Origin: a virus
Lineage: Duplodnaviria > Caudoviricetes
DNA: 25,211 nt
Virus record (IMG/VR): IMGVR_UViG_3300033562_001026
Coordinates: 1-25,211 of that record
Direction: 5' to 3' (one strand)
In this document: one piece after another, positions 1 through 9,728 of the stretch
Layout of the letters: the number at the start of each line of letters is the position of its first letter
How positions within the stretch are numbered: position 1 is the stretch's first letter
Notes under the pieces: generated by a model
What the model was told of the DNA's origin: nothing
What the model saw: the letters and a program-made list of their open reading frames with translations, nothing else
The model's database searches: none
Program-made: the position numbers and the translations under genes

Positions 1-1243
1 CATCAATATTTTCAACTTCTGCAATCTGTGCATTTGTTAAGTGATAATATTCACCAGCAGTACCACCTTGAATTCCACCTAAATCATTGTGAGTCGCAAC
101 ACTTTGTGTTACAAAAACTTGCTCATATGCAGAATCCACTTCAATAATTGTTGAACTACCTTGTCGTACAATTACTCTTGCACTAAGAGTTGCATAACCT
201 TCAATCATTGGAGGAATTTCTGCAGGAGGACTTGCAAGCTGTGCTTGCGTTAAGCCAGAATATTCATTTGTATCATAAACAACATGAATACTGCTGTCAT
301 GAACAACATATACCCAACGAATTGTATAATAATTAGCAGTTAAAGGAGTTGTTGAAGTACTACCTTGGTTATAATGAGTATTATTTAAACTACCACCAGT
401 AATAACAGGTGCTGCCCAACTACCACCAGTTCTGTGCCATTCTCTGAAATCATCGGTTCTACTATCGAAATTTTCTGTTGTGAACCTATTAAGCAATTCT
501 GCCCATAAAACACCACCACTAACTTGAATAGTTAAACCACTCACGCTTGTTGTAATCAAACCACCTGCTCTTTGCACACCATATACTTGGTCACCATATA
601 AATGAATTCTACGATTAAGATTCCAAAGATTTTGTCCACAAAGTCTTATAACTGCAAGATTTAATGTACCATCGTAATAAACACGACCTAAGTTAAAATT
701 ATCGTTACGTTCAATAAGTGCTTCACTTGTGGTTGATTTTACTTGTTTATCAATCGCATCATAATATACATAATTATAACCAGTTATAATAGTCACGGTC
801 TGAGCACTCCATGTCACGTATCTGTTTTGAGCAGTATTACCTGTATCGTCTTTAATCAAACCAGAACCTGCTGCTACGTTTACACTTGCACCAGCACCAG
901 CAGTTATTGTTCCACCACTGATACGACCTGCGGATTCAACGGTATCATACCATGTTTTTAATGTTAGACCAGTTTCGGTTATGCCTGACATCCAGACTTT
1001 ATTATATGTTGCGCTCGCATCCCCAGATTGGTCTTTAGGTATAAGGTCATCATTATCAATACCGTCTTTAAACCAATATTCTTCACCATTAACATTTACT
1101 GTTAAACCACTATATCTAACAGACGGAATAAGTACCGTAGTTACCTCTGTTGTTGCAGAATATGGTCTGGTATTTGAAAGATATCTTGAATCCGTTGGTT
1201 TCGGAACAAGATTCTGAATATTATCATTTAAATTTATTGCCAT
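1..1243 (-). CDS. Putative tail fibre / virion structural protein, runs off the left edge (>414 aa); N-terminal paralog of 5122..7761
   Basis: Not in the ORF track. Manual translation from ATG at 1243 is open to base 2: MAINLNDNIQNLVPKPTDSRYLS...GLTVNVNGEEYWFKDGI...HNDLGGIQGGTAGEYYHLT. G/T/S-rich; the HNDLxGxQGG...EYYHLT motif recurs in phage fibre proteins. Confidence 0.75.
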   Translation of the reverse strand, partial: MAINLNDNIQNLVPKPTDSRYLSNTRPYSATTEVTTVLIPSVRYSGLTVNVNGEEYWFKDGIDNDDLIPKDQSGDASATYNKVWMSGITETGLTLKTWYDTVESAGRISGGTITAGAGASVNVAAGSGLIKDDTGNTAQNRYVTWSAQTVTIITGYNYVYYDAIDKQVKSTTSEALIERNDNFNLGRVYYDGTLNLAVIRLCGQNLWNLNRRIHLYGDQVYGVQRAGGLITTSVSGLTIQVSGGVLWAELLNRFTTENFDSRTDDFREWHRTGGSWAAPVITGGSLNNTHYNQGSTSTTPLTANYYTIRWVYVVHDSSIHVVYDTNEYSGLTQAQLASPPAEIPPMIEGYATLSARVIVRQGSSTIIEVDSAYEQVFVTQSVATHNDLGGIQGGTAGEYYHLTNAQIAEVENID

Positions 1244-1275
1244 GTTTTCTTGTTTTTATATTTTCTGTTTTATTT

Positions 1276-2337
1276 TTATTGTTTTCTATCATTTGTCATA
1301 CAATATACTGTACCATTTACACTTGTCGTAACGTTCATCTTATACATTTTATAATTTACTGAACTCCAACACGATTCTGGTGAGTTAACACTTACGTTTT
1401 GAACAGGTGCGTTCCACACATCTGTTGGTAATATACCTATATTACCCTTATTTGTTGCACCTTCATACCAACCTTGTTTAGTTGTACTTGTTTGGGGTGT
1501 TGCGAACCATAAATATACACCACATGCAGTACCAAAGTTAATATTAATTTGACCACTACTATCAGCAACAACCTTTGAACCAGTCGCAAGTAAAGCAGAA
1601 TTAAGTGTTGGGTCACTTGCACTTGAACCATAGAAATGCGGATAACAACCAGTGATAGTTCCTGCAGTACCAGCAGCAGTACAACCAGCAGGAAGTGGGT
1701 TTGGTGTAACACTTGGATTCAAAGTTCCTTTACTACCTCTAATCGTAGCACCAGCATCAAAACAAGTACATGCATTCCATGATTGTGCACCTGCAGTAAC
1801 TGCATAATTACTAACACTACATGAGCCAGCAGCAACAAATCCAGCACCCATTGAAGGACCTGTATAACAATAAGAAATTGCAGCACCACCCCTTGTAGTA
1901 CCACCATCTGTGGCATAAAGTGGAGTAATTGCACCAGCAATATATGTTGGGTCTACGGTTAATGTCGTTATTACACAACCCACTTCTCGAACACCAGTTG
2001 GAGTCACACTCAATGAAGTTGTTGGTGTTCCAACAGTCGTTTGATATAATTCAGGAACTAATAGGTCTTGAAGAATTTCATTAGCTGTTTTTCCAGTTAA
2101 TACATATCCGACATCAATTCCACCAACCTCAAGAGCAGCAGGTGACTCTAAATCATATACCGTACTACCAGTAGCACTAATAATATTATCATCAACGTAT
2201 TTCTTGTCAATGATTTGTGTATCACCTGTAAAATTTGGATGTGTGGCATATCTTGTATCGCCACTAAGTGTTAAAGTAGAATTAACTACTTGTTCAACAT
2301 GCTGGTCATCTATTCTAATTTTAGTATTAAAAGCCAT
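1276..2337 (-). CDS. Putative virion structural protein (353 aa), paralog of 7773..8981
   Basis: G/T/S-rich, about 10 Cys, KKYVD fibre-type motif; full-length similarity to the 402-aa protein (VGGI..GYxLTGKT..ILQDxLVP, GxYPxFxG, YxWFAxP, WY...TNKGNxG, CWS...Y). Confidence 0.65.
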   Translation of the reverse strand: MAFNTKIRIDDQHVEQVVNSTLTLSGDTRYATHPNFTGDTQIIDKKYVDDNIISATGSTVYDLESPAALEVGGIDVGYVLTGKTANEILQDLLVPELYQTTVGTPTTSLSVTPTGVREVGCVITTLTVDPTYIAGAITPLYATDGGTTRGGAAISYCYTGPSMGAGFVAAGSCSVSNYAVTAGAQSWNACTCFDAGATIRGSKGTLNPSVTPNPLPAGCTAAGTAGTITGCYPHFYGSSASDPTLNSALLATGSKVVADSSGQININFGTACGVYLWFATPQTSTTKQGWYEGATNKGNIGILPTDVWNAPVQNVSVNSPESCWSSVNYKMYKMNVTTSVNGTVYCMTNDRKQ

Positions 2338-2383
2338 AGTTTTTTGTTTTTTATTTAAAAATATTATTATTTTTCTGTTACTA

Positions 2384-2391
2384 ATAAATAG
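2384..2391 (-). promoter_or_regulatory. Putative late-promoter motif (CTATTTAT) upstream of the second gene pair
   Basis: 46 nt upstream of ATG 2337 in the largest gap inside the fibre cluster. Confidence 0.35.
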
Positions 2392-2433
2392 TAAAAAAAG
2401 TCATATTGTTTCTCAAATATTGAAAATATATAA

Positions 2434-5115
2434 TTAATTAATAAACGATACTGCACTCCAAGAACTTCCATTATTAATAAATGTAATTGAGCCATAATCA
2501 GTATTAATTGTAGCGCAGGATGCACCGTTAATACATCTATTATTTGTACCAATTACATAAATCGGATATGTAAGTGCACCAACACAAACATCAGAAACAC
2601 TGATTCTTTGACCTGTTTTTGGTACAGGTGGCAACCATATACAATATGAAGTATTTCCACTCACCCCAATAAAATCATTTATTGTTGTCGCACTATAATT
2701 TGCATAAACAATGCAGATATCAATAACATTCGAATTCTGAGTAACTGCACTTTGCGTATATCCAGTGACATAATCAACATCGGGAATGCTCCTTGCATTA
2801 TAATCTGCACGATAATCTGCACTATATTGTAAAGAATCACCTGAAATATTAAAATCAAACGTACTTAAATTAATAGTTGTGTTTTCAGTTAAATCACCAC
2901 CGAATTTAACATCCTGACTAACTTTAGTTAAACCATTTGTAGCACCAGTTATTGCAGAACTAAGTACAGCAGTACCATTAACTGTTTTAATTAACTTATC
3001 ACTTGAATTCCAAACCAATATTGAATCAGATGTTGCACCAGCAGCAGGAGTAACCAATAATGAAGTATCACCACTTGTTTTAAATGCACCATGTACAATT
3101 GCACAACCAGCAGCAAAATCACCATAAATTAATGGGGTTGTAGTCTCAGAATTTGCAATATAGAGTTTATTACCAGTTGTTTCATTATAACCAGCACATG
3201 TACCTAAAAATATAGATGTTGAACCATTATAATTACTATGTCCTGCTTTAAAACCTATCGCAATATTATGACCACCAGAATTATTACCATGTAATGAACA
3301 CTCACCGATTGCAATATTACAACCACCATAATTTACACCATTCCAACCAATAGCTTCAACACCAATACCTATATTTGAATGACCATTTACCTTACATAAT
3401 GAACGTGCACCAATACCAATGTTATGACAACCACTAAGTGAACAATCCATTGCAGAACAACCAATTAAAACGTTGTCATTACCAATTTGAAGTTTTCTTC
3501 CAGCATTAACACCAATACCAATATTATGATGACCAGTTGTAATACCGTTTAATGTATAACAACCAATAGCAACGTTTTGACCCTGCCCACCAGTTGTGGT
3601 TCTTAGTGTATAATAACCAATACCAATATTATTGGTAGCAAGACCTGATGAAGGACCTGCATCAACACCAAGATAAGTTGATGTCGATGACCCCCTCAAT
3701 ATAGTAGCATTATCGATTTGATAACCAGTTCGAGTACTTAAATATCCAGTAAGACCAGTTAATGCCAATGTAAAATTACCACCAATATTAGTATCACCAG
3801 TTAATATACCACCCAACACTACTTTTTTATCAATAACACTTAAACCATTTGTAGCACCAGTAATTACAGAATCCAAGATTGGTTGAGTAGTGCCCGTATA
3901 TGAGTCAAATAAGCTGACATCAAGTTTTGAAGTTGTCAGACCTGAAGTAACACCACTAATATATATTATATCATTTTCAATACCAGTTAGTCTTGTTTCT
4001 GTATCACCACTATAGGTATCAAAATCAACAATATTTAATTTACTACTTAACGCAGTACTTAATGTACCATTTGCAACATCAACATTAAATGTATTACCAG
4101 TCCAAGCAATACTATTTCCAGCAAGACTATTGCCATCAACATTAATTGTATCACCACTAATATTAATACCAATTCCTGCTTGCAAATCAGTAACCTTAGA
4201 AAATAAAGTAAACGTCAATGGAGTCGTACCACCAGTTATTGGGTCGGGAGTAATCAATACCCATAGTGTGTTACGATTAGTACTACCACTTAAAACTGGA
4301 ATTAACGCACCTTGTTGTATTTCACCAACAGGTGTACCATCAAAATCTGGTGCACGATAAAAAGAATTACTACTACCACTATAAACATATATACCATTAT
4401 CTACATCTGGAGTCGTGCCATTTTGATTTTTAATTAAAACCCTATCACCATCTTGAATAACAACACCATCAATTGACCCAGTAAAACTATTTAAATTTAT
4501 TGATTCGCCTGTTGTTGTTAACCAAACAGCGGTTTTAGGTTGTAATCCAGTTGCAACACTGTCAACATATTTTTTACTTACAAGTGATTCGTCAACAAAT
4601 GTTGTAATGTAATCACCACCATATTTTAAACCCTGATTGTTTTCAAAAGCTAACGATGCGCCACTAACAGTTAATAAAAACCCATCATTATCTAATCCAA
4701 ATAATGTTGTACCACTTGTTGAAACCTGAAAATCATCAACATTCGTTAAATAAAAAGTTTGACCACTTGCATTAATTGTTGTTCCAGTAGTTAAAGTACC
4801 ACCTAAACCAACAATTCCATTATTTAATATTATACCATTTGTTGCACCACTAACTGTACCACCACCACCACTACCACCTAATACTTCCCAAACATTGGGA
4901 AGTGCTTTCTTGTAATAATATGTACCATCATCCATCTGAAATAAAGTACCAAATGCTATATTGTATACCAAATCATCACCATCACTATCACCCAATACAG
5001 CATCATTTGGATTTTTAGTATAATTCATTGGAAGACCAGACGGAAGAATAGTTTGACTATAAAACCTCACAGGTCTTCTCGGCATTTCAAATGCTAATGC
5101 TTCTAATTGTCCCAT
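2434..5115 (-). CDS. Mosaic tail fibre / adhesin (893 aa)
   Basis: KKYVD...IDGVVIQDGDRVLIKNQ...NGIYV...RAPDFD tail-fibre domain; three (S/T)GATNG..(L/F)GGxLT..TxI modules; N(I/V)(G/A)IG beta-roll repeats resembling YadA-type heads; C-terminal WLPPVPKTGQRISVSD...INTDYGSITF domain of a type common in phage fibres. Confidence 0.75.
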   Translation of the reverse strand: MGQLEALAFEMPRRPVRFYSQTILPSGLPMNYTKNPNDAVLGDSDGDDLVYNIAFGTLFQMDDGTYYYKKALPNVWEVLGGSGGGGTVSGATNGIILNNGIVGLGGTLTTGTTINASGQTFYLTNVDDFQVSTSGTTLFGLDNDGFLLTVSGASLAFENNQGLKYGGDYITTFVDESLVSKKYVDSVATGLQPKTAVWLTTTGESINLNSFTGSIDGVVIQDGDRVLIKNQNGTTPDVDNGIYVYSGSSNSFYRAPDFDGTPVGEIQQGALIPVLSGSTNRNTLWVLITPDPITGGTTPLTFTLFSKVTDLQAGIGINISGDTINVDGNSLAGNSIAWTGNTFNVDVANGTLSTALSSKLNIVDFDTYSGDTETRLTGIENDIIYISGVTSGLTTSKLDVSLFDSYTGTTQPILDSVITGATNGLSVIDKKVVLGGILTGDTNIGGNFTLALTGLTGYLSTRTGYQIDNATILRGSSTSTYLGVDAGPSSGLATNNIGIGYYTLRTTTGGQGQNVAIGCYTLNGITTGHHNIGIGVNAGRKLQIGNDNVLIGCSAMDCSLSGCHNIGIGARSLCKVNGHSNIGIGVEAIGWNGVNYGGCNIAIGECSLHGNNSGGHNIAIGFKAGHSNYNGSTSIFLGTCAGYNETTGNKLYIANSETTTPLIYGDFAAGCAIVHGAFKTSGDTSLLVTPAAGATSDSILVWNSSDKLIKTVNGTAVLSSAITGATNGLTKVSQDVKFGGDLTENTTINLSTFDFNISGDSLQYSADYRADYNARSIPDVDYVTGYTQSAVTQNSNVIDICIVYANYSATTINDFIGVSGNTSYCIWLPPVPKTGQRISVSDVCVGALTYPIYVIGTNNRCINGASCATINTDYGSITFINNGSSWSAVSFIN
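2929..3861. repeat. 21-bp exact direct repeat taaaccatttgtagcaccagt at 2929-2949 and 3841-3861; diverged third copy near 4834-4848
   Basis: Read directly; spacing 912 bp (304 codons, in frame); encodes TGATNGL. Confidence 0.85.
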
Positions 5116-5121
5116 ATTATA

Positions 5122-7761
5122 TTATATTATTTCTTCTATTGTTATTATACTTTCTTGTGTGCTTGATTGTGTTTTAGCATCTAATATCCTAATTGTTGTT
5201 GGGTTAGTATCAAGTGCAACCAAACACCAACCATTGGTAATTATTGGCGAACTATTAAGTGCTGCCCTTATAGTCACACTGGGTTCAAAACTCCAAGTCA
5301 ATGTAACTTTGGTGTAATCCAATGCAGCCACATTCATTATTGCTTCATTTAAAGATGCAGTCAATGGTATTTGTCTACTCACAAATCCACCTAAAACATA
5401 ATTATTTCCTGTTGTTATGGTACTTACCACCTTACCAGCCAAATTAACAGTATTTAATGCACCCCAACTTTGTGCACCTTTTATCATGCTATCAAGTATT
5501 TGCAATGCTCTGGTAAAACTCGTAGCACCTGCAGTCCAAGTAAAACCAGAACCCTGCCAGTTTCCAACAGGAGCAACCAATGTTGGTACGGATGCTAATC
5601 TTTGAGTTGAACCAATTGTTATTGTATGGTTTTGTGCAGATGTTCCATCATTTCCACCACTTCTTAGTCTTGCAGGACTTGAAACAGTAATTACTTGGTT
5701 ATCATGTGCAATCCACACAACAGTATTGCTGGTGGTTGTTGCGTTATTAGCTGCACGATTTGCTACAATTCTAAAGTTATTCGTTGCAATATTATAACCA
5801 CCTGCTATTCTCTGTGCAGATTTTGCTGCTTCATATGTGCTTGTATTTGAAATACTCAATTCCGAGTTTGGACTACTACTACTATATGTAACAGTAGTGT
5901 AACCACTAACAGTATGATTTACTATAGCACTTTCACTATCTTTCAATGCAGATTGAGTAGCTGGATATGTTATTGTTCCAAAAGTAATTGTTGGATGTAA
6001 ATTATTTAATACAACATGTCCAGTTCCATCAACACCAATTGTTGTGGTAAACCAGTCACTCCAACCACCAGTAGATTTCTGAACTCTCACTCTACCTCTT
6101 TGGTCTTGTGCAGTATTTCCACGATTCGCTATAATACCAGTGATGGTATGTCCAGTTCCTGAAGTAACACCACTCGTCATTAACTTATACGCCTCAAAAT
6201 TATCTAATTGAACACTTATTATCGGAACATCAGATTCAACATAGAAATTAAACGTATCGTTTTCTTTCAATTCTATTTGAGTTGTTTGAGTTGAAGGATA
6301 ACCACCAGTAAAATTAGCTGCAAGTACTTGTGGTGGTGTGTCTTGAACAATAACTATAGAATGTTCAGCACCGTCTTCATGAATAACAGTTAATCCAGTT
6401 GTGCCAGATAAATCAACATTTATTGTTCCATTGAAAAGTGGTTTATCTGAATTTGCAACCAAAGTCACTGGAACACCATTAATTGTTATAACTGGTTTAT
6501 AGTTGGTGTTACCCGGTAATGCCAATACACTAACAACAACCAATTGAGTATCAGTTGTGCATTCATCCAGAACAACACCATCACTCGAAAATACTTTAGC
6601 ACCAACATTACCACTTGATTGTGGTGTCATGTTTGTAATAAACACAGAACCATTAACTCCACCACCACTGGATTCAATAATTATTGTATCGCCACTAAGT
6701 TCAACTTTTGTAGTACCACTACCAACAATATTTCTGAACTGCATGGTTTTATTATCATTTCCAGCAAACACACCCGTTCCACCACTAAAACCTATATTAG
6801 TACCACCAGTTATTGATGTCTGACCACTAATACTGGTATAAAAAACTATGTTATTTCCAACAGTTGAAATCTGTGTATCACCACTTCCAACAAGTGTACG
6901 AAATTGTAGTGTTGTTCCAGTTTTTTGAGCAAAAACTTGATTACCAGTTCCAACATTTTCGGCATTTAATAGTGCAGTAGCACCACTGAACCTAATATAA
7001 TTATCATCGGTTTCAATTTTCATTACATCGGGACTGTCATTAATAATTGTTCTCAGATGTAATTCTTGATTAAATTTATCTTTGTAAATAGAATTTCCTA
7101 TTGTTAATGTACTACCTGTCGTAAGACTGCCATAAGAATTAATTGAGTTACTACCATTCGTAGTAAATCCAGTCCATTGAATATTACCATAACCAGTACC
7201 TGCATATGAAACTGGAAAAACATTATTACCAACATTTTCAACAACATTTCCATCCATGAGTGTCCAAGCAGATGTTGTTTGGTAGAACACCCACGATTTA
7301 TTCAATAATGGATTATGATAGCCACGTCTAAGTGCACCATTATACACAGGTGTTCCAATTCTTACAATATTAGAAGAATCAATATAATAGTTATTATATT
7401 GAGAATAATAATAACCATTATATCCAGACGGAAAACCACTCAAATCAAGAGTTTGTACACCTGTAAATCCACTGAAAAACCCTAAATTAGTCGCACCTGT
7501 AATAAAATCACCAACGACTTGTTCTGATGCATATTTTTTTTCAATCAAATTAATATCAGCTACACCTGCATAATACCAATATTCAGTATTACTACTACCT
7601 GTATTAATAAGCACAGTTAAACCAATATGTCTTTCAGAAATACTTATTGCAGCATTTACTGCTGCAACTGATGCATATGCGGTATTTCCACTGCTTAAAT
7701 ATTTCGCATCTACTGGTTTACCAGCATTTATTCTAATATTATCATTTAAATTTATTGCCAT
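5122..7761 (-). CDS. Putative tail fibre / virion structural protein (879 aa)
   Basis: N-terminal MAINLNDNI module shared with the gene starting at 1243; two ~55-aa repeats (NVGTGNQVFAQKTGTTLQFRTLVGSG / NIGFSGGTGVFAGNDNKTMQFRNIVGSG); long T/S/G-rich beta-type C-terminal region. Confidence 0.7.
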   Translation of the reverse strand: MAINLNDNIRINAGKPVDAKYLSSGNTAYASVAAVNAAISISERHIGLTVLINTGSSNTEYWYYAGVADINLIEKKYASEQVVGDFITGATNLGFFSGFTGVQTLDLSGFPSGYNGYYYSQYNNYYIDSSNIVRIGTPVYNGALRRGYHNPLLNKSWVFYQTTSAWTLMDGNVVENVGNNVFPVSYAGTGYGNIQWTGFTTNGSNSINSYGSLTTGSTLTIGNSIYKDKFNQELHLRTIINDSPDVMKIETDDNYIRFSGATALLNAENVGTGNQVFAQKTGTTLQFRTLVGSGDTQISTVGNNIVFYTSISGQTSITGGTNIGFSGGTGVFAGNDNKTMQFRNIVGSGTTKVELSGDTIIIESSGGGVNGSVFITNMTPQSSGNVGAKVFSSDGVVLDECTTDTQLVVVSVLALPGNTNYKPVITINGVPVTLVANSDKPLFNGTINVDLSGTTGLTVIHEDGAEHSIVIVQDTPPQVLAANFTGGYPSTQTTQIELKENDTFNFYVESDVPIISVQLDNFEAYKLMTSGVTSGTGHTITGIIANRGNTAQDQRGRVRVQKSTGGWSDWFTTTIGVDGTGHVVLNNLHPTITFGTITYPATQSALKDSESAIVNHTVSGYTTVTYSSSSPNSELSISNTSTYEAAKSAQRIAGGYNIATNNFRIVANRAANNATTTSNTVVWIAHDNQVITVSSPARLRSGGNDGTSAQNHTITIGSTQRLASVPTLVAPVGNWQGSGFTWTAGATSFTRALQILDSMIKGAQSWGALNTVNLAGKVVSTITTGNNYVLGGFVSRQIPLTASLNEAIMNVAALDYTKVTLTWSFEPSVTIRAALNSSPIITNGWCLVALDTNPTTIRILDAKTQSSTQESIITIEEII
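7735..7761. repeat. 27-bp exact repeat of 1217-1243 (first nine codons, MAINLNDNI)
   Basis: aatattatcatttaaatttattgccat is identical at 1217-1243 and 7735-7761. Confidence 0.85.
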
Positions 7762-7772
7762 TTTATTAGTTT

Positions 7773-8981
7773 TTAACTATTTCTTAATTGCATTACTGCA
7801 GTTGAACATGTTTGATAATTACTAACATATGCTTGATATGTTTGACCACTCCAACATATTGTAGATATGTTTGTAATATTTGAATTCGTTGGAAATAAAT
7901 TACCACCAACACTTACTGCACCACCAACATTACCTTTATTTGTTTCACTTACATACCAACATGTTTTAGCTGTCGAAGAAGCACTTGGTATTGCGAACCA
8001 TATGTAATCATCAGCAGTACTGTTAAAATTAAGATTAATTGTATTATTACTATATCCAACACCCACAACCGCACCACTATTTACATTGGTATTTCTACTT
8101 AAATCTGCAGCAATTATGCAAGTACAAATCGTATTATTATCGGGTCTATTAACACCAGCAGGTGCTCCACCACTCGATATTTTACCAAAAAAATATGGAT
8201 ATATGCCCGTTAATATTCTTTGTTTTGGTGGCGTTGTTGTACCTGAAGGAAGTTCAGGTGCTGTTTGAACGCCAACGCTATTATATACAGCATACGAACC
8301 AACGGCATAATTAACTGTACCTGAAATAATATTATTACCCAGAGATATACTTAAAGATGCTAACGTATATGGATTTGAAGTTGTTGTTGGACATGTACAT
8401 CCTTTAACCATATAGTTATATGATGAAGGCATACCGCTTCTAGGTACAGATGATAAGCATGTCGAAGGTGGATTATTACCGTAATATGGTGTTATACTTC
8501 CTTGGCTAAATACTGGGGTAACTTGAAGTGAAGGTATAATACAACCAACCTCGTATAACGTATCAGCAGGATTAATATTGTATGTTGAATGCAATGGTTC
8601 TACAGTCACTGCATCTAATGTTGGTACTAACATATCTTGAAGAATCGTTGATAATGTTTTTCCAGTTAAAGTATAATTAACAGGAATCCCACCAACAGAT
8701 ACTGCCGATGATGGTTTACAACTCGATGGATAAACAGGGTCACCACCTGCACCAACAGTTGCTAATTTAATCATACAAGTACCCACATCATATGTAAGTA
8801 CTTGACCATCTGTTGCAGCAGCAGCACCATCTGCTGTGAGTACAACATTCCCACCAGCACCATCACTTAATTTTAGTCCAGACGTACTAACAATTTGAGT
8901 AGTACCAGAAAGTGTTAGTAAACTATCAGGCAGTTGTTTAAACTGTAGATTTTCCAAATTTGGACGACTGAAGAAGGACAT
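7773..8981 (-). CDS. Putative virion structural protein (402 aa), paralog of 1276..2337
   Basis: Shared motifs along the whole length; about 11 Cys; first gene of the fibre cluster. Confidence 0.65.
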   Translation of the reverse strand: MSFFSRPNLENLQFKQLPDSLLTLSGTTQIVSTSGLKLSDGAGGNVVLTADGAAAATDGQVLTYDVGTCMIKLATVGAGGDPVYPSSCKPSSAVSVGGIPVNYTLTGKTLSTILQDMLVPTLDAVTVEPLHSTYNINPADTLYEVGCIIPSLQVTPVFSQGSITPYYGNNPPSTCLSSVPRSGMPSSYNYMVKGCTCPTTTSNPYTLASLSISLGNNIISGTVNYAVGSYAVYNSVGVQTAPELPSGTTTPPKQRILTGIYPYFFGKISSGGAPAGVNRPDNNTICTCIIAADLSRNTNVNSGAVVGVGYSNNTINLNFNSTADDYIWFAIPSASSTAKTCWYVSETNKGNVGGAVSVGGNLFPTNSNITNISTICWSGQTYQAYVSNYQTCSTAVMQLRNS

Positions 8982-8992
8982 ACGCTTGATTA

Positions 8993-9337
8993 TTAAATAG
9001 TTATAATATTATTTTTAAGTATGGCTGAAAGATTTTTTCTTTCAGTATATGGAATTCGCAATAAATTAATGTTGTTATTTAATGCGTATTCTGTTTTTAA
9101 TTTATCGTGGGCAATTGTAGATATTAAACCAATTTCACCCCCAAACTGAGAAATTGGTTTAAAGTGTTGTTTTCCATCATATTCGATAAGCATATTATGA
9201 ACCTTAACTGCTCTTTCTATAAATTGTGTGGTTGTTAATGGTTTATTTTTCCGCTCACGATTTATTTCAATTGTATCTAATTCAGGTTCAAAAAACGAGT
9301 TATAATTTTTATTATATGTATATTTATCATGTACCAT
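8993..9337 (-). pseudogene. Internally deleted free-standing homing endonuclease remnant (Vsr/PD-(D/E)XK-like), open frame of 114 aa
   Basis: TTTQFIERAVKVH (DNA-binding repeat typical of these phage endonucleases) abuts NMLIEYDGKQHF...DKLKTEYA..NNINLLRIPY (nuclease C-terminal half); the usual preceding PFDF-type catalytic Asp motif is absent. Confidence 0.6.
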
Positions 9338-9404
9338 AATTTGTATCCTACTGACCGTACCCCTAATTACGTATTCAACCTTTTATGGGTTGATTACATT
9401 TATA

Positions 9405-9412
9405 ATAAATAC
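9405..9412 (-). promoter_or_regulatory. Putative phage late-promoter motif GTATTTAT upstream of the fibre cluster
   Basis: Lies just downstream of a terminator; the same motif recurs in other intergenic gaps. Confidence 0.45.
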
Positions 9413-9442
9413 AAAAGAAAAGATTAAAAACAGATAGAAACG

Positions 9443-9477
9443 AAAAAACCCCATAAGATTTTTCTCATGGGGTTTTT
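9443..9477 (-). terminator. Rho-independent terminator, potentially bidirectional
   Basis: Minus strand CCCCATGAGA-AAAA-TCTTATGGGG (one G.U) followed by T6; A/T tracts on both sides. Confidence 0.8.
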
Positions 9478-9654
9478 AATCTAAAAGATTTTATTTTTTT
9501 TAGAAAAACAATATAAAAACCATTCTTAACCCATCAAATGTTAGGTGGTATGCCCCGTTTTTGTGAAAAACACTGATACCAACAACCAAAAACTTCATAA
9601 AAAACGTTACCCCGAAGTTTGTGTTGCCACAGGGACATAAGGGGAATAAGTTTG

Positions 9655-9728
9655 TAGCGGGAGGGGGATTCGAACGCCCCGATTCAAAGGTTATGAGCCT
9701 CAGAGGATGACCACTTCCGTACCCCGCA
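9655..9728 (-). tRNA. tRNA-Met (CAT), initiator-like, CCA not encoded
   Basis: TGCGGGG TA CGGA AGTGGTCA TCCT C TGAGG CTCATAA CCTTT GAATC GGGGCG TTCGAAT CCCCC TCCCGCT A. Anticodon at 9693-9695; 1:72 mismatch; purine11:pyrimidine24; TTCGA loop. Confidence 0.85.

Noticed and set aside
1276-5115. Cys excess as a sign of codon reassignment
   Set aside because: Cys is used normally in the SSB Zn motif and intein, and the excess is limited to specific segments.
1-8981. Diversity-generating retroelement or invertase-driven fibre switching
   Set aside because: No reverse transcriptase, recombinase, adenine-specific template/variable repeat pair or inverted cassette is visible in the window.
9375-9393. 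Small tcaacc/ggttga hairpin upstream of the endonuclease remnant
   Set aside because: Only a 6-bp stem; too weak to call a function without comparative data.
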